Shown here one piece after another: positions 47,984 through 57,136 of a DNA stretch of 60,892 nt (position 1 is its first letter; the number at the start of each line of letters is the position of its first letter). The notes beneath the pieces are model-generated. The model ran no database searches and had not been told where the DNA came from. It saw only the letters and a program-made list of their open reading frames with translations. Made by a program: the position numbers and the translations under genes. Source of the stretch: Thermoplasmata archaeon (lineage in GTDB: Archaea; Thermoplasmatota; Thermoplasmata; Lutacidiplasmatales; UBA184); the NCBI GenBank assembly GCA_030041175.1, contig JASHOK010000052.1:1-60892 (forward strand), written 5' to 3'.

Positions 47984-48488
47984 GCGACGGGAGGTCGAGG
48001 TCGACCCGGCCCGAGGCGTGGTTCGTGTCGGTGACCGAGAGTGGCCGGTGGAGGTCGGCACGTCGACCGACGGCGGCCTCTCCTTCGAGATCCTTGGGGA
48101 GAAGATCGAGGTGCACGGGGACCCCGGCGTCGCCGGCTCTTCGATCACGATCAACGGCGAGGTCCACTCGGTGCGGGTCGAGTCCCGGGCCGGCTCGGTC
48201 CCCGTCCGGACCGGCCAACCCGCCGCCGGGGGACCGGCCGTGCCGCCGGCGGCCGCCGACGAAGGGCCGGGGCGGGCGGTGGTGCCTCCGATGCCGGGCA
48301 AGGTCCTGGAGGTCCGGGTGCGGGACGGCGAAGCCGTCACGACCGGTCAGGTGCTTCTGGTCATCGAAGCGATGAAGATGCGCAACGAGGTTCTCGCCCC
48401 GGTGGCGGGCACGGTATCGGCGCTCCGTGCGCGGCCGGGAGGCAACGTGACCGCTCGGGAAGTGCTACTGCGAATCCTTCCCGCCTGA
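47955..48488 (+). CDS. biotin carboxyl carrier protein (1.3S-like) with N-terminal extra domain
   Basis: C-terminal MPGKVLEVRVRDGEAVTTGQVLLVIEAMKMRNEV is a biotinyl-lysine motif. GTG 47955 follows GGGAGGTG. Confidence 0.85.
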   Translation: MKVTLVLDGERREVEVDPARGVVRVGDREWPVEVGTSTDGGLSFEILGEKIEVHGDPGVAGSSITINGEVHSVRVESRAGSVPVRTGQPAAGGPAVPPAAADEGPGRAVVPPMPGKVLEVRVRDGEAVTTGQVLLVIEAMKMRNEVLAPVAGTVSALRARPGGNVTAREVLLRILPA

Positions 48489-48866
48489 CGTGGACGACGA
48501 CTCGCCGGAGTCCAGGCGGTCGGCCTCTTCGACGGGGTCGTACCCCGGCTCGAGATCCACCGGGTCGATCGAGGTAGGTGGCGCGCCGGGCCCCGGGGCT
48601 GCAGCCGCTGCGGTCCCGGCGGTCGCGGTCTGGGAGCCGGCGACGGCTCCTCCGGCCTCGGGAGGGGTCGTTGCTGCTGTGTCCGTCTCGGGGGCGTTGA
48701 AGGTCAGGAGGATGTAGACGAGGCCCACGGCCAGGATGACCCCGATCAGGATCGGGATGAGGTGGGTCTGATGGAGGACCACGGAGACGCCGACACCGAC
48801 GACCGTGACGATCGCCAGGATGGCCAGGAGTGCGCCGAACGAGATCGGCGCGACGAAACCGCGCAT
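48465..48866 (-). CDS. 2-TM membrane protein with Thr/Ala-rich and acidic tail
   Basis: MRGFVAPISFGALLAILAIVTVVGVGVSVVL...IPILIGVILAVGLVYILLTF. Start trimmed to the Met at 48866. Confidence 0.45.
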   Translation of the reverse strand: MRGFVAPISFGALLAILAIVTVVGVGVSVVLHQTHLIPILIGVILAVGLVYILLTFNAPETDTAATTPPEAGGAVAGSQTATAGTAAAAAPGPGAPPTSIDPVDLEPGYDPVEEADRLDSGESSSTSGGKDSQ

Positions 48867-48918
48867 CGGTCCGCGCGAAACCGGTCTCGGGAAATACTCC
48901 TTCGCCTGCCGGCGTCGT

Positions 48919-49266
48919 TCAACCGATCTTGGTGCTGCGGCCACAGGACGGGCAGACCGAGGTCCCGGGCGCGATGTGGGTGCCACAGAACGGGCAGAAG
49001 CCAATCTCAGCGCCGTCGACGCCGCGCGCGAGGGGAGTCGCGCCCGACGGGAGGGGCGCCGGTCCTCCGGGGGTTCCCACCGGCGCGGGCGTGCTCCCGA
49101 CGCGACGGTTCATGAACGACGCCCGAAGGAGAACGATGCTGCCGATGAACCACCCCAGCAGGACGTAGAAGATCAGGGTCGCGTAGGCCGGCTCGAGCAG
49201 CAGGAGAGCGAACAGGACCAGAAACACGGCGATGTTGATCAGCGAGAATAGCACGCGGATCTGCAT
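48919..49266 (-). CDS. membrane protein with C-terminal zinc-ribbon
   Basis: Two TM helices, then CPFCG...CPSCG (CxxC-x12-CxxC). Confidence 0.62.
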   Translation of the reverse strand: MQIRVLFSLINIAVFLVLFALLLLEPAYATLIFYVLLGWFIGSIVLLRASFMNRRVGSTPAPVGTPGGPAPLPSGATPLARGVDGAEIGFCPFCGTHIAPGTSVCPSCGRSTKIG

Positions 49267-49337
49267 CGACTACGAGGGGACGGATGGCGGCGAACCTACC
49301 TGAGGCTTCGCTTTCGCCGGAGGGGCCGGCGGCCGCG

Positions 49338-49940
49338 CTAGGACGGGCGGCGGGAACGCGCGTAGGCGCCGCTGACGTGCCCTTTCTCGGAGGGGAACGC
49401 CACCGCCGGAAAAAGCTTCGACAGGACCTGAGAGAGGACCTCGCGCTGGATCGGATACTGGACGAGTCCATCCGCCCCTTCGGCCTGTGCGGCGCCTTCC
49501 AGGGCCCGGCCGGGTCCCCGGGTCACGAGGACGATTCGGGTCTCGGGCAGCCGCCGCCGAGCGTCGTGGAGGAGATCCTTCCACCGAGAACCGTGCAGCC
49601 CCACCGCTTCGATGAAGACGACATCCGCCCTCTGGCCGGCGTCCTCCGGAAGATCGCGGGGATCGGAAGTCTGCTCGACGATCTGGGCTCCCTCTCCCCG
49701 GAGCAGGGCGTTGAGCATCGAGAGCACGTCCGGGGTGTCGCCGAGGACAATGGCACGCACCGACGGCGGCGGCGGTGGGTTCGGGGAGGCCGGTCCGCGT
49801 GGACGCACCGGGGCCGCCATCGGCCGGGGGAACTCCTCCGCCGCCATGAAGCTTCGCCCCGCTTTCCTCGGCGGCGAAGCGGGCTCGGCGAAGGTCGGTT
49901 GACCGTCGAGCTCTCCCTCCAGTCCGGGATTGCAGGCCAC
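49338..49940 (-). CDS. CheY-like receiver-domain protein, atypical active site (start uncertain)
   Basis: RAIVLGDTPDVLSMLNALL...ADVVFIEAVGLHG...RIVLVTRG...GADGLVQYP aligns by eye with receiver beta-alpha units. It has E in place of the phospho-Asp, and the conserved Lys is missing. Confidence 0.5.
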   Translation of the reverse strand: MACNPGLEGELDGQPTFAEPASPPRKAGRSFMAAEEFPRPMAAPVRPRGPASPNPPPPPSVRAIVLGDTPDVLSMLNALLRGEGAQIVEQTSDPRDLPEDAGQRADVVFIEAVGLHGSRWKDLLHDARRRLPETRIVLVTRGPGRALEGAAQAEGADGLVQYPIQREVLSQVLSKLFPAVAFPSEKGHVSGAYARSRRPS

Positions 49941-50162
49941 CCCCGGTGGCAGAAATGCGTGCGTGGAGCCCCGTTCCTTCGGCGGAACTCTGGCCTCCCT
50001 GACAAGGGCTGCTTCCGCGGTTTCGCGGTAGGTCCCGGCAGCGGAAGCGTTCCCTGCTGGGCTGCCGAATCACGCATCAAGCTGTTTTTTTGGGAGGGGG
50101 TCTCGGCCGGATAGGGTTCAAGTACCAAGAGCTCGGTCGTGTCGCGACCATAGGTCTGAGGG

Positions 50163-53100
50163 ATGGTCGTGCGCGACGAGCGCGCGGCGGGGGCGGTTCC
50201 GGGCCCACCCTCGATCGAGGCATGGGCCGGCGCCGTCAGGCATGCGCTGGGTCGGCTTCGATACCTGCTGACCTGTCGGTCGAGCGTGATATCGGTCGCG
50301 GTTCTCTGCGTTACACTTCTGCTGGTGAACTCCCTGCCGCCCGTGAGTTCGTGGCACGGGGACGAACAGTCCGGCCTCCAGGCATTCACCTCCCCGCTCA
50401 ACGCCACTACGCCGACAGACTATCCGTACGTCATCGAGCCCTGGTGGTATCCGGAGCCCTCGAACCTGAGCAATGGCCATGCCTTCGAGCTTCCCAGGCT
50501 TGTGGCGCTAGGCTCCGGCTTTGCGCTCCTGAACCTCTCCTATTCCAGCGGTCAGACGACGCTCTGGTTCACGATCGGCTCCTACAGCGCCTCGATCGCG
50601 GTGGCGATCTACGCGAAGCAGGCCTGTCTCTCCGGGTCGAAGAGCGGCGGCAACTGCGTCGTGACACCGACCGTCCCCATCCAGTGGTCGGCACCGACCG
50701 CCATCGCCACCATATCGGGTACCGTGGGCGCCGATGCACTGGTGACCTTGGGCACGGAGGCCGTGGTAGCCGCCACAGAGGGGACCTCCACCACGCTGCT
50801 CTACTTCGATGCCAACCCGCAGACCCAAACCTGGAGTTCCGCCGTAGGTATCCCGGGCACCGGCGGGTTTCCGTCTCTGGCGCTCGACCCGGAGTATCTG
50901 TTCGCCGCCGACTTCTCCGGAAGCACGATCTGGGGAACGACCTACGCCTTAGGCGCAGACCGGGCGGTGGCCAACTACACGCTCACGGCGCCGAACCCGG
51001 TCCAGAACCTGTCGGTGGCGCTGGTGCCGGCGTCCATCGGATACACGACCACGGTCGTGGTGAGCACGACCAGCACCGACAGGATCCTCTACAACCAGCT
51101 GGCCCAGGGCGGCTCGTCGTTTTCCCCGTCGTGGAAGACAGTCGCGAGCTACGCCCCCACGACCTCCTCGTCCGTGTTCACGTCGATCGGCGGAACGTAC
51201 CTTACGTCTCCCGGAGGCATCGCCGGCCAGATTGCAACTGTCGCTGCCGGGAACGCGCTCCTGGTGCTCTACACGACGACGACCGGGGGCCGGATCGCAG
51301 CTGAAACGACGGAATCGAGTGATGGAGGAGCGAACTGGACCGGGCCGTTCCTGTCGAGCCCGCCGGTCGGGTCGGTGCAGGACCCATCGTTGACCGAGGG
51401 GGCCGACCAGCTGACCTATGCTACCTGGCGCGTCGACAATGGCACCTGGGGCATCGACCAGGCGGTCTACCTGCCGGACGGCGCGCCAGCCTCCGATCCC
51501 GCGGAGCTCCCGGGGTCGGGGGTCGGCAGCAGTGCCGCCATCGGCGCTCCCTCGATCGCCGTCGATCCGTTCGAGCGGCCGCTGTTCGTGTGGCCGGCCG
51601 TCGGCGTGTCCGGATCCTACCAGCTGGACTATGCGGGCGGGTACCCTAACGCGACGATCGCGGTCGACCTCCTGAACGACAGCCTCTACGACCCGATCAC
51701 CTTCTATGATGGCGGCAGCGGAGGGTCGGGAGGCGGGTCCGGGACCGGCTCAGGCGGGGACATCACCGATACCGTGGAACGTGGCATCGCTGCCCTGGAA
51801 GCGAACGTCACCTCCGGCGCGACCGAGGTAGCCGCCAACACGTCCTCCGGGAAGCGCTGTGCGGCTCTCAACCTGACCGTGGACACGCTCTACGCCTGGG
51901 TTACCCATGTCGTCCTGGGCTCGGGCGGGTCCAGCGACTGCTCGGCAACCACGACCGCGTCGAAGTCGCCGCTCGTCAACGAGACCGGCTCGTTCGTCCC
52001 CAACATCTATCTTGCCAACTACGCCGACATCGCCCTGGAGTCCGAGGGCTATGTCGTCGGGACGCCGCCGCTGAGCGTCCTGGCACCGGCGGCCACCAGC
52101 GGGAGCGGCCTCACGGCCCCGCAGACGAGCACCGGGAACGCCGTGCAGAGCGGGAAGACCTGGACCACGCTCAACGTGACGTCGGTTCCGTGGAGCCCGA
52201 CGGCCATCGAGCTCGAGCCGGGCGTGTTCGCGAGCTTCGGCAGCACCACCCAGCAGAAGGACACGCCGAACAATTGCTGCGAGGTCACTCCTCCGCCGGG
52301 AGACCTGTGCTCTCCGTCGGACGAGCCGACGGAGACGACCGTGATCTCGGACTCGCCGGACCAGTACTCCCTCACCGTGACGATCCTGTCGGGAAACGAC
52401 CCCTCTCGGACGTTCTCCTCAACTACCGCAACTCCGACGGTCTTTCTGTCCAATCTGTCGGCCTACTCGACGGTCGAGTGGCGCGGGACCTATCAGGCGA
52501 ACTACTCGGCCACGGAGCAGGTGACCCGGGGTCCGAGCGATTGCAGCGGCACCGTGACGACGCATCCGACCCCGGCCTCGCTCGGTCTCCCCAGCCAGTT
52601 GACGGTGGCGAACCTCACGGGGAACGGGACCACCCAGCTCGGTATCCTTCCTGGGAGTCCCTTCGTCTACGCCCCGTTCACCAGCCATACGCAGGCGAGT
52701 GCGACGCTGAGCCTGAACTGGAACAACTCGATGCAGGCCACGGTCAGCGGGTCGCTCGTCTACACGAGCAATCTGACGACCGCGGCCTCGGTGTCGAACT
52801 CGACCTACCAGATCAAGGAGAGTTTCTCGCTCGGGAGCCAGCGGGTCAACTCGAACTTCACGCTCTCGCTGGCGGCCCAGAGCCGGACCGGCGGATGGAC
52901 GGCCGGGCAGGCGCCCGCGGTGTCCGATGGCGAGAGCCTCGCCTACCCGGATCAGGTCGCCCCGGCGAGCTGCAGCTTCGAGCTGACGGCGCCGTGGTTC
53001 AACGTCTCGTTCGGTCATGTCTTCGACATCACCGACAGCTCGGCCGTGATCCAGTGGAACGCCAGCGCGAGCGGGGAAGGCGAGCTGCGCTACTTCAGCT

Positions 53101-56100
53101 ATGATGCCGGCGTGAACGAGACGATCCTGGGCATCCCCGGGGTCTACAACGCCTCCAACAGCCCGAGCACCGCCTACGTCTACACGGTCCAGCTGCACGA
53201 CCTTCTGCCGTGGGCCCAGTACAACGTCTCGTACGGGCTGTATGCCGACCGGGGGTGCCTGGGCGAGTCGCTGATGCAGTATGCTCCCGGCGGCTTCGCC
53301 ACGCCTCCGGCCCTCGGCCTGACCGAGACGGACCTGCCGTACGATTCGATCACGGGCGAGGGCGGTGGTGCGCAGTTCTCCTGGAACGTTCCGTCCTACT
53401 TCCTCGGGCTCCACCCGACGCTCGTCAGCGGTGGACTCGCATATTCGTACTCCGGCGGTGCAGCCGTTGCGCCGCTCAATCAGAGCGAGTTCTACTCGCC
53501 CGGAGGGCTATCCCCGGAGAACCAAGCAATCAACCTCACTTTACCGGAGGTGAACGTCAGCTACAGCGCCACCTTGTGGCTGAACTACAGCTACAAGAAT
53601 CCCGCCGGATCGGGGACGACCAGCGTTGCGGCAGAGAGTCCCACCATCTCGTTCGTCTACCAGCTCGATAGCTCCGGCGACGGTCTCACGAACCTCGAGA
53701 AGTCGAACGGCTGGGTCGTGGCGCTACCGAGCACCCAGACGTTCGAAGGGATCCCGCTATCGACCTCCACCAGCCTCGTTACCGCCGATCCGTACGCCTG
53801 GGCGACCAACGGCCTCGTCAACGATTACGTGGAGAAGGAGTACGACTTGAACGCCCACACGCTCGACACCGCCGACAGCGGGATGCTCGACACCTGGAAC
53901 CTGACCTTCAGCCTCGGCTCCAGCGACAGCTGCCCGGCCGACTTCAGCTGCTTCACCGACACCGCCGCCAATCCGTTCAATGAGAGCCAGTACCCGGGCG
54001 AGTCGCCGACCGGAGGTCCGGTCCACACCAACACGTCCGCGCCCCGGTATCTGCTGGACGACAGCGTTCCGTACGACGCGACGGTCCTCTGGGAGGGGAA
54101 CACGCTCGCATACCTCCAGGAACTCATCCAAACCGAGACCTGGGGGGAGAGCTTCCGAGGGTTCATCGGCTCCTATGACGGGAGCTACACGCTGACCGTC
54201 TGGGGGAAGCTCTCCTGGGGTGCCGACCCGCTGGTCTCCTCGTCGATCCATGACGGCATCGCGGACGGTACGAGAGTCGACCCGGCGAGCGCGGTCGACA
54301 TCGAGATCAGCGACCTGAACGCGACCTGCTCGGGACTGAGTTCGGGCACCGGCTGGGCGGTCAAGTTCACGCCGCGGAACGGGAGCGCGACCTCGGGCGG
54401 GGCGGAGTTCTCGAACTATTCGCAGCCGGCGATCAGTTGCGGGAGCAGCTCCTCGGAGAAAGTGGCCAACTACAACGTTGCCCTTCCGATCAGCCAGCTC
54501 TACGCGACGCAGACGATCCAGATCTCGGTCATCGCCAACGAGAGCAAGAAGCTGACTCCGCTGGCGTTCAACGGCACCGCCAACGAAAAGAACCTGACCT
54601 TCAACCTGTTCGGGAAGGCGGCCAGCTACTCGTTCACCGGCTCCGGCTCTACGCACGCCACGCTCAGCTTCACCATCGCCACGGTCGCCATCGGCGGGAA
54701 GGCGCCGACGTACCTGTGGCTGCCCGACGGGAACGGCACGGTCAATGGGCTGCCGAATGGCCTGGAACGCTACACCGGGGAGCAGTCGTTCGACCTGGTG
54801 GTCGTGAACGCCTCCAGTTCCATCTCTATCACGGGCGTGCCGGACTTCTGGTCGAGCAGTTCGACGTATGGCATCGCCCTCGATCCCGGCCTCAACAACT
54901 TCCTGATCCCTCGGGAGGAGTTCCTGAACACAAGCTTTGGCCGGGGCGTGCTGGAGAACTCGACCGAGCCCTACACGAACACCACGGCCAGCCCCCCGTT
55001 GATCATCAGCGGGGGGGACGAGAACCTGATCTCGAGCTTCGGAGCCTCGACGCTGCTCGGGAAGCTGAGCTGCTACTGGCAGAACCGGGCCGTCAGCTCC
55101 GGCACGAAGACGATCACGGGCTGCGAGGAGTCCGGGACGGCGGCGAAGACGGAGGGAGCGATCTCGACTCTAGCGGTCGACAGTTTGACGCCTCCGGCCA
55201 ACAACACGGGGGGAGTGCCGGGAAGCCCGTATCTGGAGACCCCGGGAGAGGCGGGGGCAGCAGTCCAGGCCATCGTTACTGTGAATGTGACCTCAACGAA
55301 TGAACTCCAGTTGCTGTTGGCCGGCCTGCTGGACAACGTAACTGGTGGTGTGAACGGGACATTCGAGTCGATTACCGGCGAGGTACCGTTCATGGGCCTC
55401 CTAGCCCCGGTGCTCGGGGCTCTTGGGAATGCGACAGTGGTGACCGATGGGCTGTACGGGGCTCCCACCGGGACGACGCCCTCTTCGACCACGGCCGGCG
55501 CGCCAATCCTGGGATGGTTCTGGAACAGCCCAATCGGCGTTGTCTACGACAATGCCCTCCACTTTCTCGTATCTGTAGTCGAACTTTCCTGGACACTCGA
55601 GTTCGGCGCATGGGTCTATCTAGCTCATCTGACGCGGGAAGGTTTGGCCCTAGACGGGTTTGTTCTGTCGCGAGCCGCCACGGTACTTGCGGTGGCGGGG
55701 CGGGCCCTCGTGAACATGACAGTCGCTCTACTCAACGTCGTTGGCTCGGCCATTCTCACCGTTTTGTCCCCCGTTCTGGCGCCTTTGGTGAAGCTTGACG
55801 TGACTTATGCTGAAAACCTCGCTAACGTTACGGTTGCGGCTGAAGAGACCTTCTCCGGCGGTACCATCTCCGAGTCAGCGGGGAGGAGCTTCTGGGCCGC
55901 TTTCGGCGGCTCAGTCTTTTACATGGCACTTTCACTTGGCATCGCTGTCGATGTAGTGGTCGCGATCGTAACCGGGCTATCGCTGGGCGGTGGGTTCCTG
56001 GTGGGTGCCGCGTTGTCTGTTGCGTTTACCGCCGCGATAGAAGCAGACAGAAGTCAGGAATCAAGTACTTCAAGCAAGTTAGGCGGCCATCAAACCTTGA

Positions 56101-56546
56101 ACGGGGGCCTTGCCTTCTATGTCGAAAACTTTACCAACACAACGGGGCACAAACCTCAGGGGGCAAATCAGTCGTTCTGGAACACGATTGGAAGTGCATT
56201 TCTGTGGGCGGCAACCTTGTTCTCCTTCCAGATTTCGACAGGTCTCCTAGCTTACGCCTTCATCCTCGACGAGGACGTGGCGTGGCAGACCGCAGCTTTC
56301 GTGCTTGGGGCTGTCAGTATCATGCTGAGCCTGGCAGCGCTTGTGTTGAAGAACACGGCCTACGAGTACGCGTCAGTCGTCAGGGACACCGCGGTCGCCA
56401 TAGCTGGCGCAGGGGTAGCGTTGGATATCCGTAGCGTTATCAAAGACTTCACTAGCCCGACCAAGAATTCATACATTGAAGACCTCGACCTCACGGTTCT
56501 TGGTCTGGATTCCGCGGCTTTCGCCGTTTCTCTGTTCGTGGCATGA
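50163..56546 (+). CDS. giant (2127 aa) sequon-rich surface protein with hydrophobic multi-helix C-terminal module (candidate polymorphic effector)
   Basis: N-terminal signal-anchor (RSSVISVAVLCVTLLLVNSL). More than 40 N-x-S/T sequons by eye. Asp-box SSDGGANWTG, a GGSGGSGGGSGTGSGG linker and TSP3-like DSSGDGLTNLEK. The last ~490 aa are Gly/Ala-rich hydrophobic helices. Uninterrupted 6.4-kb frame. Confidence 0.85.
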   Translation: MVVRDERAAGAVPGPPSIEAWAGAVRHALGRLRYLLTCRSSVISVAVLCVTLLLVNSLPPVSSWHGDEQSGLQAFTSPLNATTPTDYPYVIEPWWYPEPSNLSNGHAFELPRLVALGSGFALLNLSYSSGQTTLWFTIGSYSASIAVAIYAKQACLSGSKSGGNCVVTPTVPIQWSAPTAIATISGTVGADALVTLGTEAVVAATEGTSTTLLYFDANPQTQTWSSAVGIPGTGGFPSLALDPEYLFAADFSGSTIWGTTYALGADRAVANYTLTAPNPVQNLSVALVPASIGYTTTVVVSTTSTDRILYNQLAQGGSSFSPSWKTVASYAPTTSSSVFTSIGGTYLTSPGGIAGQIATVAAGNALLVLYTTTTGGRIAAETTESSDGGANWTGPFLSSPPVGSVQDPSLTEGADQLTYATWRVDNGTWGIDQAVYLPDGAPASDPAELPGSGVGSSAAIGAPSIAVDPFERPLFVWPAVGVSGSYQLDYAGGYPNATIAVDLLNDSLYDPITFYDGGSGGSGGGSGTGSGGDITDTVERGIAALEANVTSGATEVAANTSSGKRCAALNLTVDTLYAWVTHVVLGSGGSSDCSATTTASKSPLVNETGSFVPNIYLANYADIALESEGYVVGTPPLSVLAPAATSGSGLTAPQTSTGNAVQSGKTWTTLNVTSVPWSPTAIELEPGVFASFGSTTQQKDTPNNCCEVTPPPGDLCSPSDEPTETTVISDSPDQYSLTVTILSGNDPSRTFSSTTATPTVFLSNLSAYSTVEWRGTYQANYSATEQVTRGPSDCSGTVTTHPTPASLGLPSQLTVANLTGNGTTQLGILPGSPFVYAPFTSHTQASATLSLNWNNSMQATVSGSLVYTSNLTTAASVSNSTYQIKESFSLGSQRVNSNFTLSLAAQSRTGGWTAGQAPAVSDGESLAYPDQVAPASCSFELTAPWFNVSFGHVFDITDSSAVIQWNASASGEGELRYFSYDAGVNETILGIPGVYNASNSPSTAYVYTVQLHDLLPWAQYNVSYGLYADRGCLGESLMQYAPGGFATPPALGLTETDLPYDSITGEGGGAQFSWNVPSYFLGLHPTLVSGGLAYSYSGGAAVAPLNQSEFYSPGGLSPENQAINLTLPEVNVSYSATLWLNYSYKNPAGSGTTSVAAESPTISFVYQLDSSGDGLTNLEKSNGWVVALPSTQTFEGIPLSTSTSLVTADPYAWATNGLVNDYVEKEYDLNAHTLDTADSGMLDTWNLTFSLGSSDSCPADFSCFTDTAANPFNESQYPGESPTGGPVHTNTSAPRYLLDDSVPYDATVLWEGNTLAYLQELIQTETWGESFRGFIGSYDGSYTLTVWGKLSWGADPLVSSSIHDGIADGTRVDPASAVDIEISDLNATCSGLSSGTGWAVKFTPRNGSATSGGAEFSNYSQPAISCGSSSSEKVANYNVALPISQLYATQTIQISVIANESKKLTPLAFNGTANEKNLTFNLFGKAASYSFTGSGSTHATLSFTIATVAIGGKAPTYLWLPDGNGTVNGLPNGLERYTGEQSFDLVVVNASSSISITGVPDFWSSSSTYGIALDPGLNNFLIPREEFLNTSFGRGVLENSTEPYTNTTASPPLIISGGDENLISSFGASTLLGKLSCYWQNRAVSSGTKTITGCEESGTAAKTEGAISTLAVDSLTPPANNTGGVPGSPYLETPGEAGAAVQAIVTVNVTSTNELQLLLAGLLDNVTGGVNGTFESITGEVPFMGLLAPVLGALGNATVVTDGLYGAPTGTTPSSTTAGAPILGWFWNSPIGVVYDNALHFLVSVVELSWTLEFGAWVYLAHLTREGLALDGFVLSRAATVLAVAGRALVNMTVALLNVVGSAILTVLSPVLAPLVKLDVTYAENLANVTVAAEETFSGGTISESAGRSFWAAFGGSVFYMALSLGIAVDVVVAIVTGLSLGGGFLVGAALSVAFTAAIEADRSQESSTSSKLGGHQTLNGGLAFYVENFTNTTGHKPQGANQSFWNTIGSAFLWAATLFSFQISTGLLAYAFILDEDVAWQTAAFVLGAVSIMLSLAALVLKNTAYEYASVVRDTAVAIAGAGVALDIRSVIKDFTSPTKNSYIEDLDLTVLGLDSAAFAVSLFVA
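55048..55520 (+). repeat. junction repeat, copy 1 (inside giant gene)
   Basis: Colinear and indel-free with 58791-59263 at a constant offset of 3743 nt. The first ~55 nt differ at one base (ctg vs ctc). Later differences are mostly at third codon positions. Confidence 0.9.
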
Positions 56547-57136
56547 CAGCGGTGAGTGTTGACGCCCGCAGCCACCCTCCCTCCAGATTTGACTTGACGT
56601 CGGTCGCGGAGCAGGTTTACCGGCGGCATCGGCTGTTTCGCTACGCCCTTTGCGTCGTCGTGGTGCTGATGGCAGCGGTCATCATACAGACTGTGCTCAG
56701 CCAAACGGTACCGGACCGTGGGCAGTCTCTATTCTGGATCTCGATTGCCACGGTGCTGTTCTTAGGCGCGATTCTTGGCTTTGCCGTCTGGGCGATCGTC
56801 TTCCTGACGTCTCGAGGAGCCGAGACCGTAGAGATCGGGCCGGACTCGCTCCGTCTTGGCTACAGATCCGGCGCTACCATTACCTTCCACTGGTCAGGGC
56901 CAGCCCCGAGAATTCGCCTCCAAACCTTCACACCCCGTGGAGCGGGCTTCGCAGACTTAGCTCTCCCCGGTACGTACTCTCTCTGGGGTCCGTGGTACAA
57001 GTACAACCGCATCAACCAGCAAGTTACAGACAGCATAGTCGAGGCAGCAGTGGCTCATGGTCTTCGAGTGGTCCGGCACACATCGCAGAATAGTGACGGG
57101 GTCACCTCCAAAATCCTCATCACCGGGGCTTCGTAG
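56543..57136 (+). CDS. 2-TM + small soluble domain protein, candidate cognate immunity/partner protein 1
   Basis: GCATGA start/stop overlap with the giant gene. Two TM helices (YALCVVVVLMAAVIIQTVL and FWISIATVLFLGAILGFAVWAIVFL), then a beta-rich domain. Paralogous to 60244..60825. Confidence 0.72.
   Translation: MTAVSVDARSHPPSRFDLTSVAEQVYRRHRLFRYALCVVVVLMAAVIIQTVLSQTVPDRGQSLFWISIATVLFLGAILGFAVWAIVFLTSRGAETVEIGPDSLRLGYRSGATITFHWSGPAPRIRLQTFTPRGAGFADLALPGTYSLWGPWYKYNRINQQVTDSIVEAAVAHGLRVVRHTSQNSDGVTSKILITGAS

Noticed and set aside
50090-53414. Alternative-frame ORFs within the giant gene (for example 50090..51304, 52190..53104, 52419..53414(-), 53757..54656(-), 54437..55303)
   Set aside because: The 6.4-kb frame starting at 50163 is uninterrupted and has a coherent signal-anchor, sequons and the paralogous CT. 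The others are Arg/Gly-rich shadows.
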